This document shows, one piece after another, positions 28,347 through 37,128 of a DNA stretch of 64,000 nucleotides. The notes beneath the pieces are model-generated. The model had not been told where the DNA came from and did no database searches. It saw nothing but the letters and a program-made list of their open reading frames with translations. Source of the DNA: a virus. A program made the translations under genes and the position numbers. The stretch lies in IMG/VR virus record IMGVR_UViG_3300028844_006278; one strand, given 5' to 3'. The stretch's first letter is position 1. Every line of letters begins with the position of its first letter.

Positions 28347-28781
28347 CTAGGTGGATATGCTGTCAGACGATGAGCTATCCGGCAAGGAAGACGATGAGTC
28401 TTTGCTTGAAGACGATGAGCTATCCGGCAAGGCAGACGATGAGCTATCCGGCAAGGCAGACGATAAGTCTTCGATTAAAGACGATGATCTATCCGGCAAG
28501 GCAGACGATGAGCTATCCGACAAGGCAGACGATGAGTCTTTGCTTGAAGACGATGAGCTATCCGGCAAGGCAGACGATGAGTCTTCGCTTGAAGACGAAG
28601 TAGACGAACAATCATCACACGTCTCGTAGGCCACAAGCTCGTCTAAGTCTATGTCGTCAGCAGCGGCGCTAGACTCGAAGCCTCGGAATTTATAGCAAAT
28701 TCCGTCAATCTTCACGACCTCGCCTACGTAGTGCGGTAATCGGTAATTTCTGTCTCCATATATGGGAGGGGGTATAGGCAT
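28347..28781 (-). CDS. Cys module plus Ser/Asp-rich repeat tail
   Basis: IYGDRNYRLPHYVGEVVKIDGICY...YETCDDC then (SSSALPD)n; N-terminus paralogous to 26429-28261. Confidence 0.75.
   Translation of the reverse strand: MPIPPPIYGDRNYRLPHYVGEVVKIDGICYKFRGFESSAAADDIDLDELVAYETCDDCSSTSSSSEDSSSALPDSSSSSSKDSSSALSDSSSSALPDRSSSLIEDLSSALPDSSSSALPDSSSSSSKDSSSSLPDSSSSDSIST
28364..28600 (-). repeat. Imperfect 21/24-bp coding repeats
   Basis: gacgatgagctatccggcaaggca recurs about six times. Confidence 0.85.
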
Positions 28782-28796
28782 GGTGCTGTTTCTCTT

Positions 28797-31700
28797 TTAT
28801 CCTATCGCTATGAGGTCTATAAACTCAGGTCCGTCTCCGCACCGTATTTGGTCCCTGTAGTATCTACCTTCCGGAGATGATCCACACACTTGGACGCCAT
28901 ACCATGACGTATCCAAGCTCGGACTAAGAAGCGTCATCTTCAGCTCCCATATACCTGTAGATGGCAGGTCTCCATCGGCCACGAACCGTACGTAGGTCTC
29001 GTCAAAGTACATCCGAGCATCTCTAGTGGGGCTATACTCTACTCTGTCCGCGGGCGTAGGATCTACTCCGCGGTCTGGGTTCCACTGATCGGTTCCGTTA
29101 AAGTAAAAGTCCCCTGACCAAGCATACAGAGAGGACTGGTCGAGGTCGTACGCTGAACACCCTGGAGCATTCAGCATAGTTCCTACATCTTGTACTGTCT
29201 CTAAGATGGAAGACGCGGAGCCGTCCCAGTACCCTATGCAGTTCGTACTGCTATCTGCCGGGGGAGCCGATCCGACGGTATGAGTAGAGGACGAGGAACT
29301 TGTCGGAGATACCTCGGAGGACGAGGAACTTGTCGGAGATACCGCGGAGGACGAGGAACTTGTCGGAGATACCGCGGAGGACGAGGAGGAGGAGTTAAAC
29401 ACATCGCAGGGTATATATCTCGCTAGACGCCTAGATGATATGGTCGAAGATGATGACACAAGAACAGAGCTCGAAGACGGACTAATAGAGGGCACAGATG
29501 AGCTGGACGGCAGTATCGACGAGCTGGACAGCATTATCGACGAGCTGGACAGTGTCACGGATGAGGACGAAGAGACGTCACATGGCTCATATACCGCGAT
29601 TAGCTGACTACTTACTGCGCTGCTACTGCTCTGCTCGCAGGTACGGCAGTCAGCGTAGGGGCCCGACACAAAGGTAGGAGTAAGTTCCAGAACAGTCCAC
29701 GTATCCGGACAGGATGTATCCATAGCACAGTCTGATATAGAGTAGCAGCGTCCGTCCAAGCTAAGAATATCTCCGACTTCCGCGTCGAATGGAATATTAG
29801 ACTTTGCCACAAATGTACACTTCTCCAACACGTCTGGAAAGCATGGAGAAAGCCTATAATACTCGCAGCAGTCGTCGCAATCCGCGTACGGACCTTTGAC
29901 CTCTGCCGGCTGAGGCAGTACTACGACAGTCGGCCATATGCAGTCTACCCCATCCCCTATGTATGTCTTCTTCCTACCCTTTATACGATAGCACTTAGGT
30001 CCGTAGTTCGGGCTCTCTGGATCTGTCTCAGGAAGCGTGATACTTATCGTATCTCCTATATCATACTCTACTGTGACGTAGGATTCGCAGATAAACCAGC
30101 AAGACTCCAGAATGTACGGGAAGCATGGCTCTAACTCCAGATATTCTGTGCATGGCGAGGACGAGGACGATGACGTAGCTCCTACACAATCTAAGCAATC
30201 CGCGTACGGACCTTTGACCTCTTCCGGTTGAGGCAGGACTTTGACTGTAGGCCATCTGCAGTCTGGCGCAGCCCCTATGTCTGTCTCCGTCCTATCCGCT
30301 ATACGATAGCACCTAGGGCTCTCCGGAGCCTCTCCAGGAAGCCTGATATTTATCGTATCTCCTATATCATACTCTACTGTGACGTAGGATTCGCAGATAA
30401 ACCAGCAAGACTCAAAAATGTGCGGGAAGCATGGCTCTAACCCCAGATATGCTGTGCATGACGGGAGCGATGGGGAGGAAATAGACGGCGCGCTGCTGCT
30501 GCTACTACTTATTACGTCAGAAGATGATGACGAGACCGTGTCGCACGGCTCGTATACAGCAATCACGGACACACTGCTCTCGCTAGTGCTTATGCTGCTC
30601 TCGCTGGTGCTTATGCTGCTCTCGCTGGTGCTTATGCTGCTCTCGCTGGTGCTTATGCTGCTCTCGCTGGTGCTTATGCTGCTCTCGCTGATGCTTATGC
30701 TGCTCTCGCTGGTGCTTATGCTGCTCTCAGAGGACACAGTAGAGCTAGACGACCCCGCACATGCTGAGATATACGCACGCGCCTCGTACGCGTAGCAATA
30801 CTCCCCTTCTACGCAGGGATGCGCAACGCCCGGCTCAGTACCTATACCGCACTGCTCTTCTCCGTACAGGCCTGCCGTCACTGACGGAAAATCATCCCCT
30901 CGTACGACCAGCCACCCGGTAGATAGGCCTGACCTATATGTAGCGAAGATGATCCACCAGTCCGGATCAGATACACCTCTATAGGCCGGGAAGGAGTTAA
31001 ATGTACCAACATGTGCGTACTGCTGATCTGCGCCTGCGTACTTGTCTGGGTTTTCGTTAACCGAAAACGACAGTGAGTAGCAGGTTTCGAACGCGCACCG
31101 TCGGGCGGCCGTAGATCCTGTAAGTGAAGACAGCTTGGCGGCACATGCTGAATAGTCCGAGTACGGGCCCTCGACCTGTAGTCCTCCCAGGGACGGCACT
31201 ATAAGCTCGCATCCGTCTCCTTGGCCCTGATAGTCGGCGACTTCGTCAAGTATCTCGTAGCACTCTGTTCCTGCTATAAACGTGTCTCCGATCTGAGCTC
31301 CGAGCGGCGCCTCGAATGCACTGATATAGAAGCACTGGTAAGGGGAGCCCCCTTCTATATCTGCTGGCAGAAGATTAGGAGGTCCACCATCGTCCTCGAA
31401 TGCCGGGTTGGATATTTTGAAGAAGGTCTCCTCGCACGGCAGATATAAGGGGTACACCTCTGCTGAGGACTCTACTAGCGGGACTGCCGTTATACACCAC
31501 GACGCGGTCAGAGAGTAATATCCAGGCGTCTGCTCGATCAGCGTGTGGTCGAACCCGCATAGGATTCCACCCTCCTCTTCCGTTATCTCAACAGCGCTGG
31601 AGGACAGGCGCAGGACCACTTCCGACACGTCCGCGCCCTCTCGATACAGGCATTCGTCGGTGAGTTCTCTGAAATCGCCTCCCGGACATCCTATGTAATG

Positions 31701-31892
31701 GCAGGGGCCGTGGACTTCCTGCCCGGAGGAGCTCGTAGGGCATCCCACGGCATCGTCAGGGCCGGTACTAGCAGGCAGGTTCTTAACCACAAAAATATCC
31801 GGATCCTCGCCCTCTCTAGTAGGGGAGACTTCCAGGACAGCCAAGTAGCTATGCACCGCCCGATTATACACCTTGTGTATAATCAGTTCCAC
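28797..31892 (-). CDS. Large Cys/Ser-rich modular protein (putative fibre/scaffold)
   Basis: Four extended Cys modules ending GPYxDCxxC or similar, three isolated (I/L)AxYxPCD motifs, Ser-rich repeats; GGAGG RBS before GTG. Confidence 0.75.
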   Translation of the reverse strand: MELIIHKVYNRAVHSYLAVLEVSPTREGEDPDIFVVKNLPASTGPDDAVGCPTSSSGQEVHGPCHYIGCPGGDFRELTDECLYREGADVSEVVLRLSSSAVEITEEEGGILCGFDHTLIEQTPGYYSLTASWCITAVPLVESSAEVYPLYLPCEETFFKISNPAFEDDGGPPNLLPADIEGGSPYQCFYISAFEAPLGAQIGDTFIAGTECYEILDEVADYQGQGDGCELIVPSLGGLQVEGPYSDYSACAAKLSSLTGSTAARRCAFETCYSLSFSVNENPDKYAGADQQYAHVGTFNSFPAYRGVSDPDWWIIFATYRSGLSTGWLVVRGDDFPSVTAGLYGEEQCGIGTEPGVAHPCVEGEYCYAYEARAYISACAGSSSSTVSSESSISTSESSISISESSISTSESSISTSESSISTSESSISTSESSISTSESSVSVIAVYEPCDTVSSSSSDVISSSSSSAPSISSPSLPSCTAYLGLEPCFPHIFESCWFICESYVTVEYDIGDTINIRLPGEAPESPRCYRIADRTETDIGAAPDCRWPTVKVLPQPEEVKGPYADCLDCVGATSSSSSSPCTEYLELEPCFPYILESCWFICESYVTVEYDIGDTISITLPETDPESPNYGPKCYRIKGRKKTYIGDGVDCIWPTVVVLPQPAEVKGPYADCDDCCEYYRLSPCFPDVLEKCTFVAKSNIPFDAEVGDILSLDGRCYSISDCAMDTSCPDTWTVLELTPTFVSGPYADCRTCEQSSSSAVSSQLIAVYEPCDVSSSSSVTLSSSSIMLSSSSILPSSSSVPSISPSSSSVLVSSSSTISSRRLARYIPCDVFNSSSSSSAVSPTSSSSSAVSPTSSSSSEVSPTSSSSSTHTVGSAPPADSSTNCIGYWDGSASSILETVQDVGTMLNAPGCSAYDLDQSSLYAWSGDFYFNGTDQWNPDRGVDPTPADRVEYSPTRDARMYFDETYVRFVADGDLPSTGIWELKMTLLSPSLDTSWYGVQVCGSSPEGRYYRDQIRCGDGPEFIDLIAIG
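29287..29387 (-). repeat. 30-bp coding repeat x3 (SSSSxVSPTS)
   Basis: gaggacgaggaacttgtcggagatacc three times. Confidence 0.85.
30044..30413. repeat. Direct repeat from a recent module duplication (64 identical nt, 306-nt offset)
   Basis: 30044-30107 is identical to 30350-30413. Confidence 0.9.
30574..30728 (-). repeat. 21-bp coding tandem repeat (SSISTSE x7)
   Basis: gctgctctcgctggtgcttat units. Confidence 0.92.
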
Positions 31893-31937
31893 TTATACAT
31901 CCTCCTGCTCATCGTGAGTATCTGTCCGCCGAGGACG

Positions 31938-32237
31938 CTAGGGTAAGATAAACATATCGCCGTCTCCTAGAATATACCCAGGATCTGTGATATTAACCAC
32001 TTCGATGTTCGATAACGACGACCGCTGGAGCCGGACGTTAGTCTTTATATGATCGATAGCCACAGGCAGTACCCGCTCCATTGCTACCTTAGATCGGAAA
32101 AGCATTGCGATATTGTCTGACCGGTACAGGTCTCCCAGGTCTGCTGAGAGCGGGTGAACCATGAGGTCAGTAGGTGATGCGATGGATATCAGGACCTTTG
32201 TCGGATCTATGTCTGGGAGCTCTGGATCTTCATTCAT
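31938..32237 (-). CDS. Hypothetical protein, paralog of the C-terminal half of 34162-34548
   Basis: IASPTDL..HP...LYR...MLFRS...HIKTNV aligns with IASYADI..YP...FFR...LIFQS...QIKNTV. Confidence 0.65.
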   Translation of the reverse strand: MNEDPELPDIDPTKVLISIASPTDLMVHPLSADLGDLYRSDNIAMLFRSKVAMERVLPVAIDHIKTNVRLQRSSLSNIEVVNITDPGYILGDGDMFILP

Positions 32238-32299
32238 ATCAGTACCTACTGGTGTGACCTAGCATACGTATTCTGTTTTCAGCGACATATAAAAGTGAC

Positions 32300-34147
32300 T
32301 CACGTATGGACAATCACGCACTGTATGTCCCCTCGCTGCCTAGTAACATACAAGAGTTCGCCCCAGATCTCTCCGGATATGTGGATCTTATCCCCGGCAG
32401 CGAGTTGCCAAACCGGTCCGGATAGGGGGAAGTACTCGGCCGCTCTAGTCGGATCCAATGCCTGGGCAGGGCCGTCTGAGCCTACAGGTGGCCGAAAGAT
32501 CTGGTAGGGCAGGGCATTAAGTATATGCTCATCACCATCCGATAATCGGAGGCCCAGCTTATAATACTCGCTTATGTTCGCTCGAGAGGTGCCGCTCACT
32601 CGTTTAACCCCGACGGCAGGCCGGCCGGACTCTGATAGGTAGGACGAGACTACCCTATGGCCCTCCTGCAGATCTTCGCACGAATATGGACCACCTAGAG
32701 GAGCAGGCACTGTGCAGACAGTAGTCCCCGGAAGTAGCGGTATGTCCTCAGACTCCGGTATAGCGATTGTAGGGCCTTCATACCGAATGTCCGTGTACGT
32801 CGATAGATTATGCACTAGGAATCCGTTGGCGAATAAGGTTAGGTAATTTGCGACGTCCCATACAGCCACAGACTCTTCAGGTCCTTGGTGCTCATCTATA
32901 CTTAAGATAGGATGCCATGCCCTATCCTTAGAGTACAACTCATCCTCTGCTCGTAGAGGCAGTATCTCCGATAGATATGGGTACTCCGCTGTGGCCTTGG
33001 CTGCATCTATGGCCTTCCAAGCTTCCTCTCCGGGAGCGGATCTAGCATATACGGGCTGAGTGTCTGAGATCTCGAGAGTACCTCCGGATAATGTCCGGAT
33101 CTGCCAGTACGCAAGCACGGATGATTTACAGGTACCTCTAATGGGCTGGAAATCTAGAGCGCCGTCGTACTCTGAGTATGAGAATACAGTATCTCCAGAG
33201 GCTAGATCCGATATAGGAACAACTCCCCGATCGCCGGTTAGTACGGTAGTAGAGCGGGATACAAGGGATCCCTTATTGTGTAAGAGCACCCCATCTGCGA
33301 AGTAGTTCCTATTGTCCTCTACCGCCCATAAATTATATACCTGCTTCTGCCCGGGATATTCCGATACAGAGGATATCTGATCCCACTCTCCACTCTTTGT
33401 TAGGACAAAGTCCCCTGCCGACATCTTCAGCAGTCGTCGTAGATACGGGTGCGATTTACGGGATCGGGAGGGGCAGTAGGATGCCCACCCTATCCCCGAT
33501 CCGGGCTTACGGACATACACTGGCTGGGAGGTGGTGATCCCCAGAGACGTCCCAGACTGTAGATTCAGCGTGATGTACCGGTCAACTAGCGGAGCATCTA
33601 TGCCGAGGACTCGTTTACCTTCGACCTGCTCGCTTACCTCGTTGTAGGAGAGCACAATGTCGCCTACCTGCACATCTTCGACTTTTATCTCCCCTCCTCC
33701 TGGAACTGATATTAAGGTGCTGGCCACTACGCATCCTCCTGGAATATCGTCCGAGGACGAGGACCCCGCCCCAACCTGCAACGTGCACAGATCCTGCATA
33801 AATACATGGGAGGCATTACGTACATACGGCATAGATATCTGCACAGGCGCGTCGAGCGTTACCCCTCGTACAGAGGATACGACAATATCTCCGTCTTCGC
33901 TGCGGAGAACGGCGCCCTCTACCAGTCCTCGATCCTTCTGGATAAAGCCAGAGGTGTTCTCAGCAGAGAAGAACTTGGTAGACGCTGAGAATACGTGGAT
34001 GTCATTTATTACGACAAATTCACGTACTGTTGTCTGAACTGCTTTGAATACCTTCCTCGTCTCAATATCTAGCTCCGGGGACAGCGTCGCTATCTCCATA
34101 CCCCTCTTCCAGGTCGGTAAAGCATCAAGCACGTCTTGATCCGTCAT
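32300..34147 (-). CDS. Tandem Hint (intein-like/BIL) domain protein
   Basis: aa139-291 CVVASTLI...VEDVQVGDIVLS...VYNL...NYFADGVLLHN; aa~295-447 ending LFANGFLVHN; degenerate copies at aa~10-125 and ~470-615. Confidence 0.88.
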   Translation of the reverse strand: MTDQDVLDALPTWKRGMEIATLSPELDIETRKVFKAVQTTVREFVVINDIHVFSASTKFFSAENTSGFIQKDRGLVEGAVLRSEDGDIVVSSVRGVTLDAPVQISMPYVRNASHVFMQDLCTLQVGAGSSSSDDIPGGCVVASTLISVPGGGEIKVEDVQVGDIVLSYNEVSEQVEGKRVLGIDAPLVDRYITLNLQSGTSLGITTSQPVYVRKPGSGIGWASYCPSRSRKSHPYLRRLLKMSAGDFVLTKSGEWDQISSVSEYPGQKQVYNLWAVEDNRNYFADGVLLHNKGSLVSRSTTVLTGDRGVVPISDLASGDTVFSYSEYDGALDFQPIRGTCKSSVLAYWQIRTLSGGTLEISDTQPVYARSAPGEEAWKAIDAAKATAEYPYLSEILPLRAEDELYSKDRAWHPILSIDEHQGPEESVAVWDVANYLTLFANGFLVHNLSTYTDIRYEGPTIAIPESEDIPLLPGTTVCTVPAPLGGPYSCEDLQEGHRVVSSYLSESGRPAVGVKRVSGTSRANISEYYKLGLRLSDGDEHILNALPYQIFRPPVGSDGPAQALDPTRAAEYFPLSGPVWQLAAGDKIHISGEIWGELLYVTRQRGDIQCVIVHT

Positions 34148-34161
34148 AATAGTATGCTCCT

Positions 34162-34548
34162 TTAGCAGTCGTTAACTATTACTTCTACAGCCTCTTCGCC
34201 GTTAAGTCGAACCAGATCCTCTACTGTATTTTTAATCTGCCCTTCTATGAGATCCCACGTATCTGAGAGGTGCGGGAGACTCTGGAAGATGAGATCTACG
34301 TAATACTTACGGAAGAACGGAGAATCCTCGCCGGGATCATTCTCTGGATAGTCGGCTATATCGGCATAGGACGCTATGTGTACGAAGAGGTCTGCGAGTA
34401 CATCATAGGAAGGAACGGAGGGAAGTCTCTGGTACACGAAGACCGTCGGCGGAAGGTTATCGGAAGTCTCTGAGACCCAGACACGCATCCTATGTCGACT
34501 ATCCTCCTCTAGTGTCACCCTCCTTGAGATCTGTATGTAGCTGCTCAT
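34162..34548 (-). CDS. Hypothetical (probably virion) protein
   Basis: 128 aa in operon; halves paralogous to two downstream genes. Confidence 0.75.
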   Translation of the reverse strand: MSSYIQISRRVTLEEDSRHRMRVWVSETSDNLPPTVFVYQRLPSVPSYDVLADLFVHIASYADIADYPENDPGEDSPFFRKYYVDLIFQSLPHLSDTWDLIEGQIKNTVEDLVRLNGEEAVEVIVNDC

Positions 34549-34551
34549 ATT

Positions 34552-34821
34552 CTAGACTGCTCCGCTGAGATAGAGGGCCTCTCCGTGTAGTTTCTCCGAC
34601 GAGCCCTGCGTCGGCACAGGTATTATGCCGGATTTGATGGCCGCCTTAAGAAGATCTAGACCTATTGTCGGATATCCTAACTCCTGGATTTCAGATGCCC
34701 CCGGCAGGCCTTGCTCCGCCAACTCATCTGTAGGATGCTCGTCTCCCTTTATGAGGGAGGCAAGGATACAGCTGGCTGCCGCCAATCCGTCACTATTGTT
34801 AAAAGTACCGGGAGCAATCAT
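34552..34821 (-). CDS. Hypothetical protein
   Basis: 89 aa, overlaps the upstream stop. Confidence 0.6.
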   Translation of the reverse strand: MIAPGTFNNSDGLAAASCILASLIKGDEHPTDELAEQGLPGASEIQELGYPTIGLDLLKAAIKSGIIPVPTQGSSEKLHGEALYLSGAV

Positions 34822-37097
34822 TTATAGGGAGATGGTGGAGCATATAGCAGGGTCGGGGCGGTGGCGTCAAGCGTGATACCTGTGTTTCTCCGTATATACG
34901 GAGCATCTACAAACCCGCGTACGAACGAAGTGTCGCCTGCGTTCAGAGTCTTCCCTATAGATATAGTGTTCGCCGATGGTAGGATGCTTCCGGCGAATGC
35001 CCTAGAGCCCAGCACGGTGCCGTCCAGGCTGAACTGCATGACGTTCCCCACCCTGTTCCATTCTAGCCAGTACCACGTGTCGTTATTTATAGTAGGAGTC
35101 CCACCACATCCCCAGTACCCTCCGTCCGGTCCCAGTCCTGCCATCCCCGCCTCAGTCCATGCCGAATATAGTGTTTTACCTCCGCTTGCTGCCCAGCCGG
35201 CAGGCTCGAAGGATATCACCCAGCACTCCCCGTTAGCGGAACCCCAGTTCGCAAAAATGTTCTGGTTTTGGGTATTATCTGTAGTACGCCATGCTATCCC
35301 TATCTCGAAGTTTTCTGTGCCGAAGTTGAAGCACGAGTGATAGTCTGCGGTAGCTAGGTCGGCACTAGTGTGCCTAGGGTCGTCGTACGTATTTCCCCAG
35401 TTCGGGAACGCGCCGGCAGTCATTGCGCCGTTGCCTCTTGTATTTATAGTCACATAGCTGCCTGCTGCGAAGCCTGTTATGCTGTCGGTGCCTATGTACG
35501 CCTGGGCGTTCGATACAGACGGTGTGCCTAGGGTAAGAGTTTGGTGCTGCTCTGTAGCATCTACCGCCGACCCTCCGTCTACATTAAGCGCAAGCAGAAC
35601 CTCGCAGCACATGTCTGCGCAGCAGTCGCAGTCATCGTACGACACTAGGGGAGTACTTACTGTATCTGGGGCCACGTCCGTCGTGTACTCTACGAAGGAA
35701 TAGCACTCTGAGCTGGACTGGAGTATAGAAGTAATGCCTGTTATTCCACCGGCATCCGACTCTTCGAATACATACTCGCCTCCTATTCCATCGCAGTCCT
35801 CGAACCTCATGCTTAGCGTAGTAGTATCACAAGTGGAGCAAAACTCGAACTCGTAGTCTATACTAGCGGCAGTAGTGGCAGCGGCTACGTATTGATCAAA
35901 CTCATAGCATACGCCGTCAATGCGTACGACCTCTGAGGTAGTGGTAGCGTCTGAGACAATCTGAGAGGAGGCCGGGTTATCGCACCTGACGTACTGTCGG
36001 TTATTGCCTGCACATGTCGCGCAATCAGCAAACTCGGCATCTATATCTACGCCCGTATGCGTGACAGGATCCGTGGTAGTGCTGATGAAGTCATAGCACA
36101 CTCCTCCTATCTTTATAGTCTGGGAACTTGTGTACTGGCTAGAAATAACCACCGCAGACGATCCGAGTATGCACTCCTCGTATAGCCTATATGTCTCACA
36201 AGCTCCACACGATGTGTGCGACGCATCAGGAGCCGCGTTGGTAGACGCGTCTTCTGTGAACTCGAAGAACTCGTAACACCCGCTGTTGATCTCTATTACA
36301 GAGTCTGTGGCCGGCACCTGGTTCTCAGGTATAATGACCTCGGCAACCCCGTCTACGCAAGACTTATACCTAGCCTGGATGCTAGTAGCAGCGCAGTCGG
36401 CGCAATCCGTGTAGTTCGAATAATCGATAGAGGTATGTGTCGTAGCAGCCAGTGTTGAGGATGTGGACGAGTAGCACACTTCATCAACTCGTACGATAAC
36501 TTGTCCCGGAGCTACGCTTTCCCGGATAACTAAGCTGGGGGCGGCAGCCGCACAATCTACGTACTCAATGGCGGAGAATGTGCTAGCGCATGACTCGCAA
36601 GTTACGAACTCGTTATCCACTGCAAACACGTCCGCCGCGGTCTCTACATACTCTGTAGACGAGTAGCATTTACCGCTGACCTCGACAATAGCTGCGACAG
36701 TTACCGCGTCGTCTATGTAGATAATGTCCGACGGATCTGCGCAGTTGGTATACCGTATGTTTAGGTCTATATCAGAGCAGTCCTGGCAGGTGTCGAACTC
36801 GTAGTCGAACTCTGTGTCGGTGATAGCGTCTTGGGTAGCGCCTACTCGCTCGTAACAGGCTCCGTCAATCTGGATAATTTGGGCATCTCCGGCTACAACC
36901 GGACTTAGTACTACAGGCATCTCAGGACCCCCGCAGTCTGTGTACTTTACGTTCGCTTCCCTGGCCGAAGAACTCCCCGGGCACTCCACAAACAGGACCT
37001 CGGAACATACCGTAAACCCCTCCCCATCGCACCGCAGCTCGCATCCCAAGGGGCGCTCTCTTACGGTGACATTTTCTATTCTGTGCTGGGAAGACAT
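34818..37097 (-). CDS. Fibre/adhesin: seven tandem four-Cys modules and a C-terminal LamG-like domain
   Basis: 7x YxxC...IxGxCY...(Y/F)xxCxxC; then FNFGTENFEIGIAW, NDTWYWLEWNRVGN, FSLDG, ISIG, GFVD. Confidence 0.8.
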   Translation of the reverse strand: MSSQHRIENVTVRERPLGCELRCDGEGFTVCSEVLFVECPGSSSAREANVKYTDCGGPEMPVVLSPVVAGDAQIIQIDGACYERVGATQDAITDTEFDYEFDTCQDCSDIDLNIRYTNCADPSDIIYIDDAVTVAAIVEVSGKCYSSTEYVETAADVFAVDNEFVTCESCASTFSAIEYVDCAAAAPSLVIRESVAPGQVIVRVDEVCYSSTSSTLAATTHTSIDYSNYTDCADCAATSIQARYKSCVDGVAEVIIPENQVPATDSVIEINSGCYEFFEFTEDASTNAAPDASHTSCGACETYRLYEECILGSSAVVISSQYTSSQTIKIGGVCYDFISTTTDPVTHTGVDIDAEFADCATCAGNNRQYVRCDNPASSQIVSDATTTSEVVRIDGVCYEFDQYVAAATTAASIDYEFEFCSTCDTTTLSMRFEDCDGIGGEYVFEESDAGGITGITSILQSSSECYSFVEYTTDVAPDTVSTPLVSYDDCDCCADMCCEVLLALNVDGGSAVDATEQHQTLTLGTPSVSNAQAYIGTDSITGFAAGSYVTINTRGNGAMTAGAFPNWGNTYDDPRHTSADLATADYHSCFNFGTENFEIGIAWRTTDNTQNQNIFANWGSANGECWVISFEPAGWAASGGKTLYSAWTEAGMAGLGPDGGYWGCGGTPTINNDTWYWLEWNRVGNVMQFSLDGTVLGSRAFAGSILPSANTISIGKTLNAGDTSFVRGFVDAPYIRRNTGITLDATAPTLLYAPPSPYK

Positions 37098-37128
37098 AAA
37101 TCATGACGCCTCTAAAGTAGTGCTATAT

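Noticed and set aside
30044-30413. Diversity-generating retroelement TR/VR pair
   Set aside because: Both copies are in-frame modules of one gene, differences are not adenine-specific, and no reverse transcriptase is in the window
32237-32288. TAG recoding (in-frame MSLKTEYVC*VTPVGTDM upstream of the 99-aa ORF)
   Set aside because: Long genes are intact in code 11 and many end in TAG right before the next start; a local readthrough cannot be excluded but has no support
32300-34147. Conventional mobile inteins
   Set aside because: No host extein, no +1 Cys/Ser/Thr, no homing endonuclease, block-B His absent
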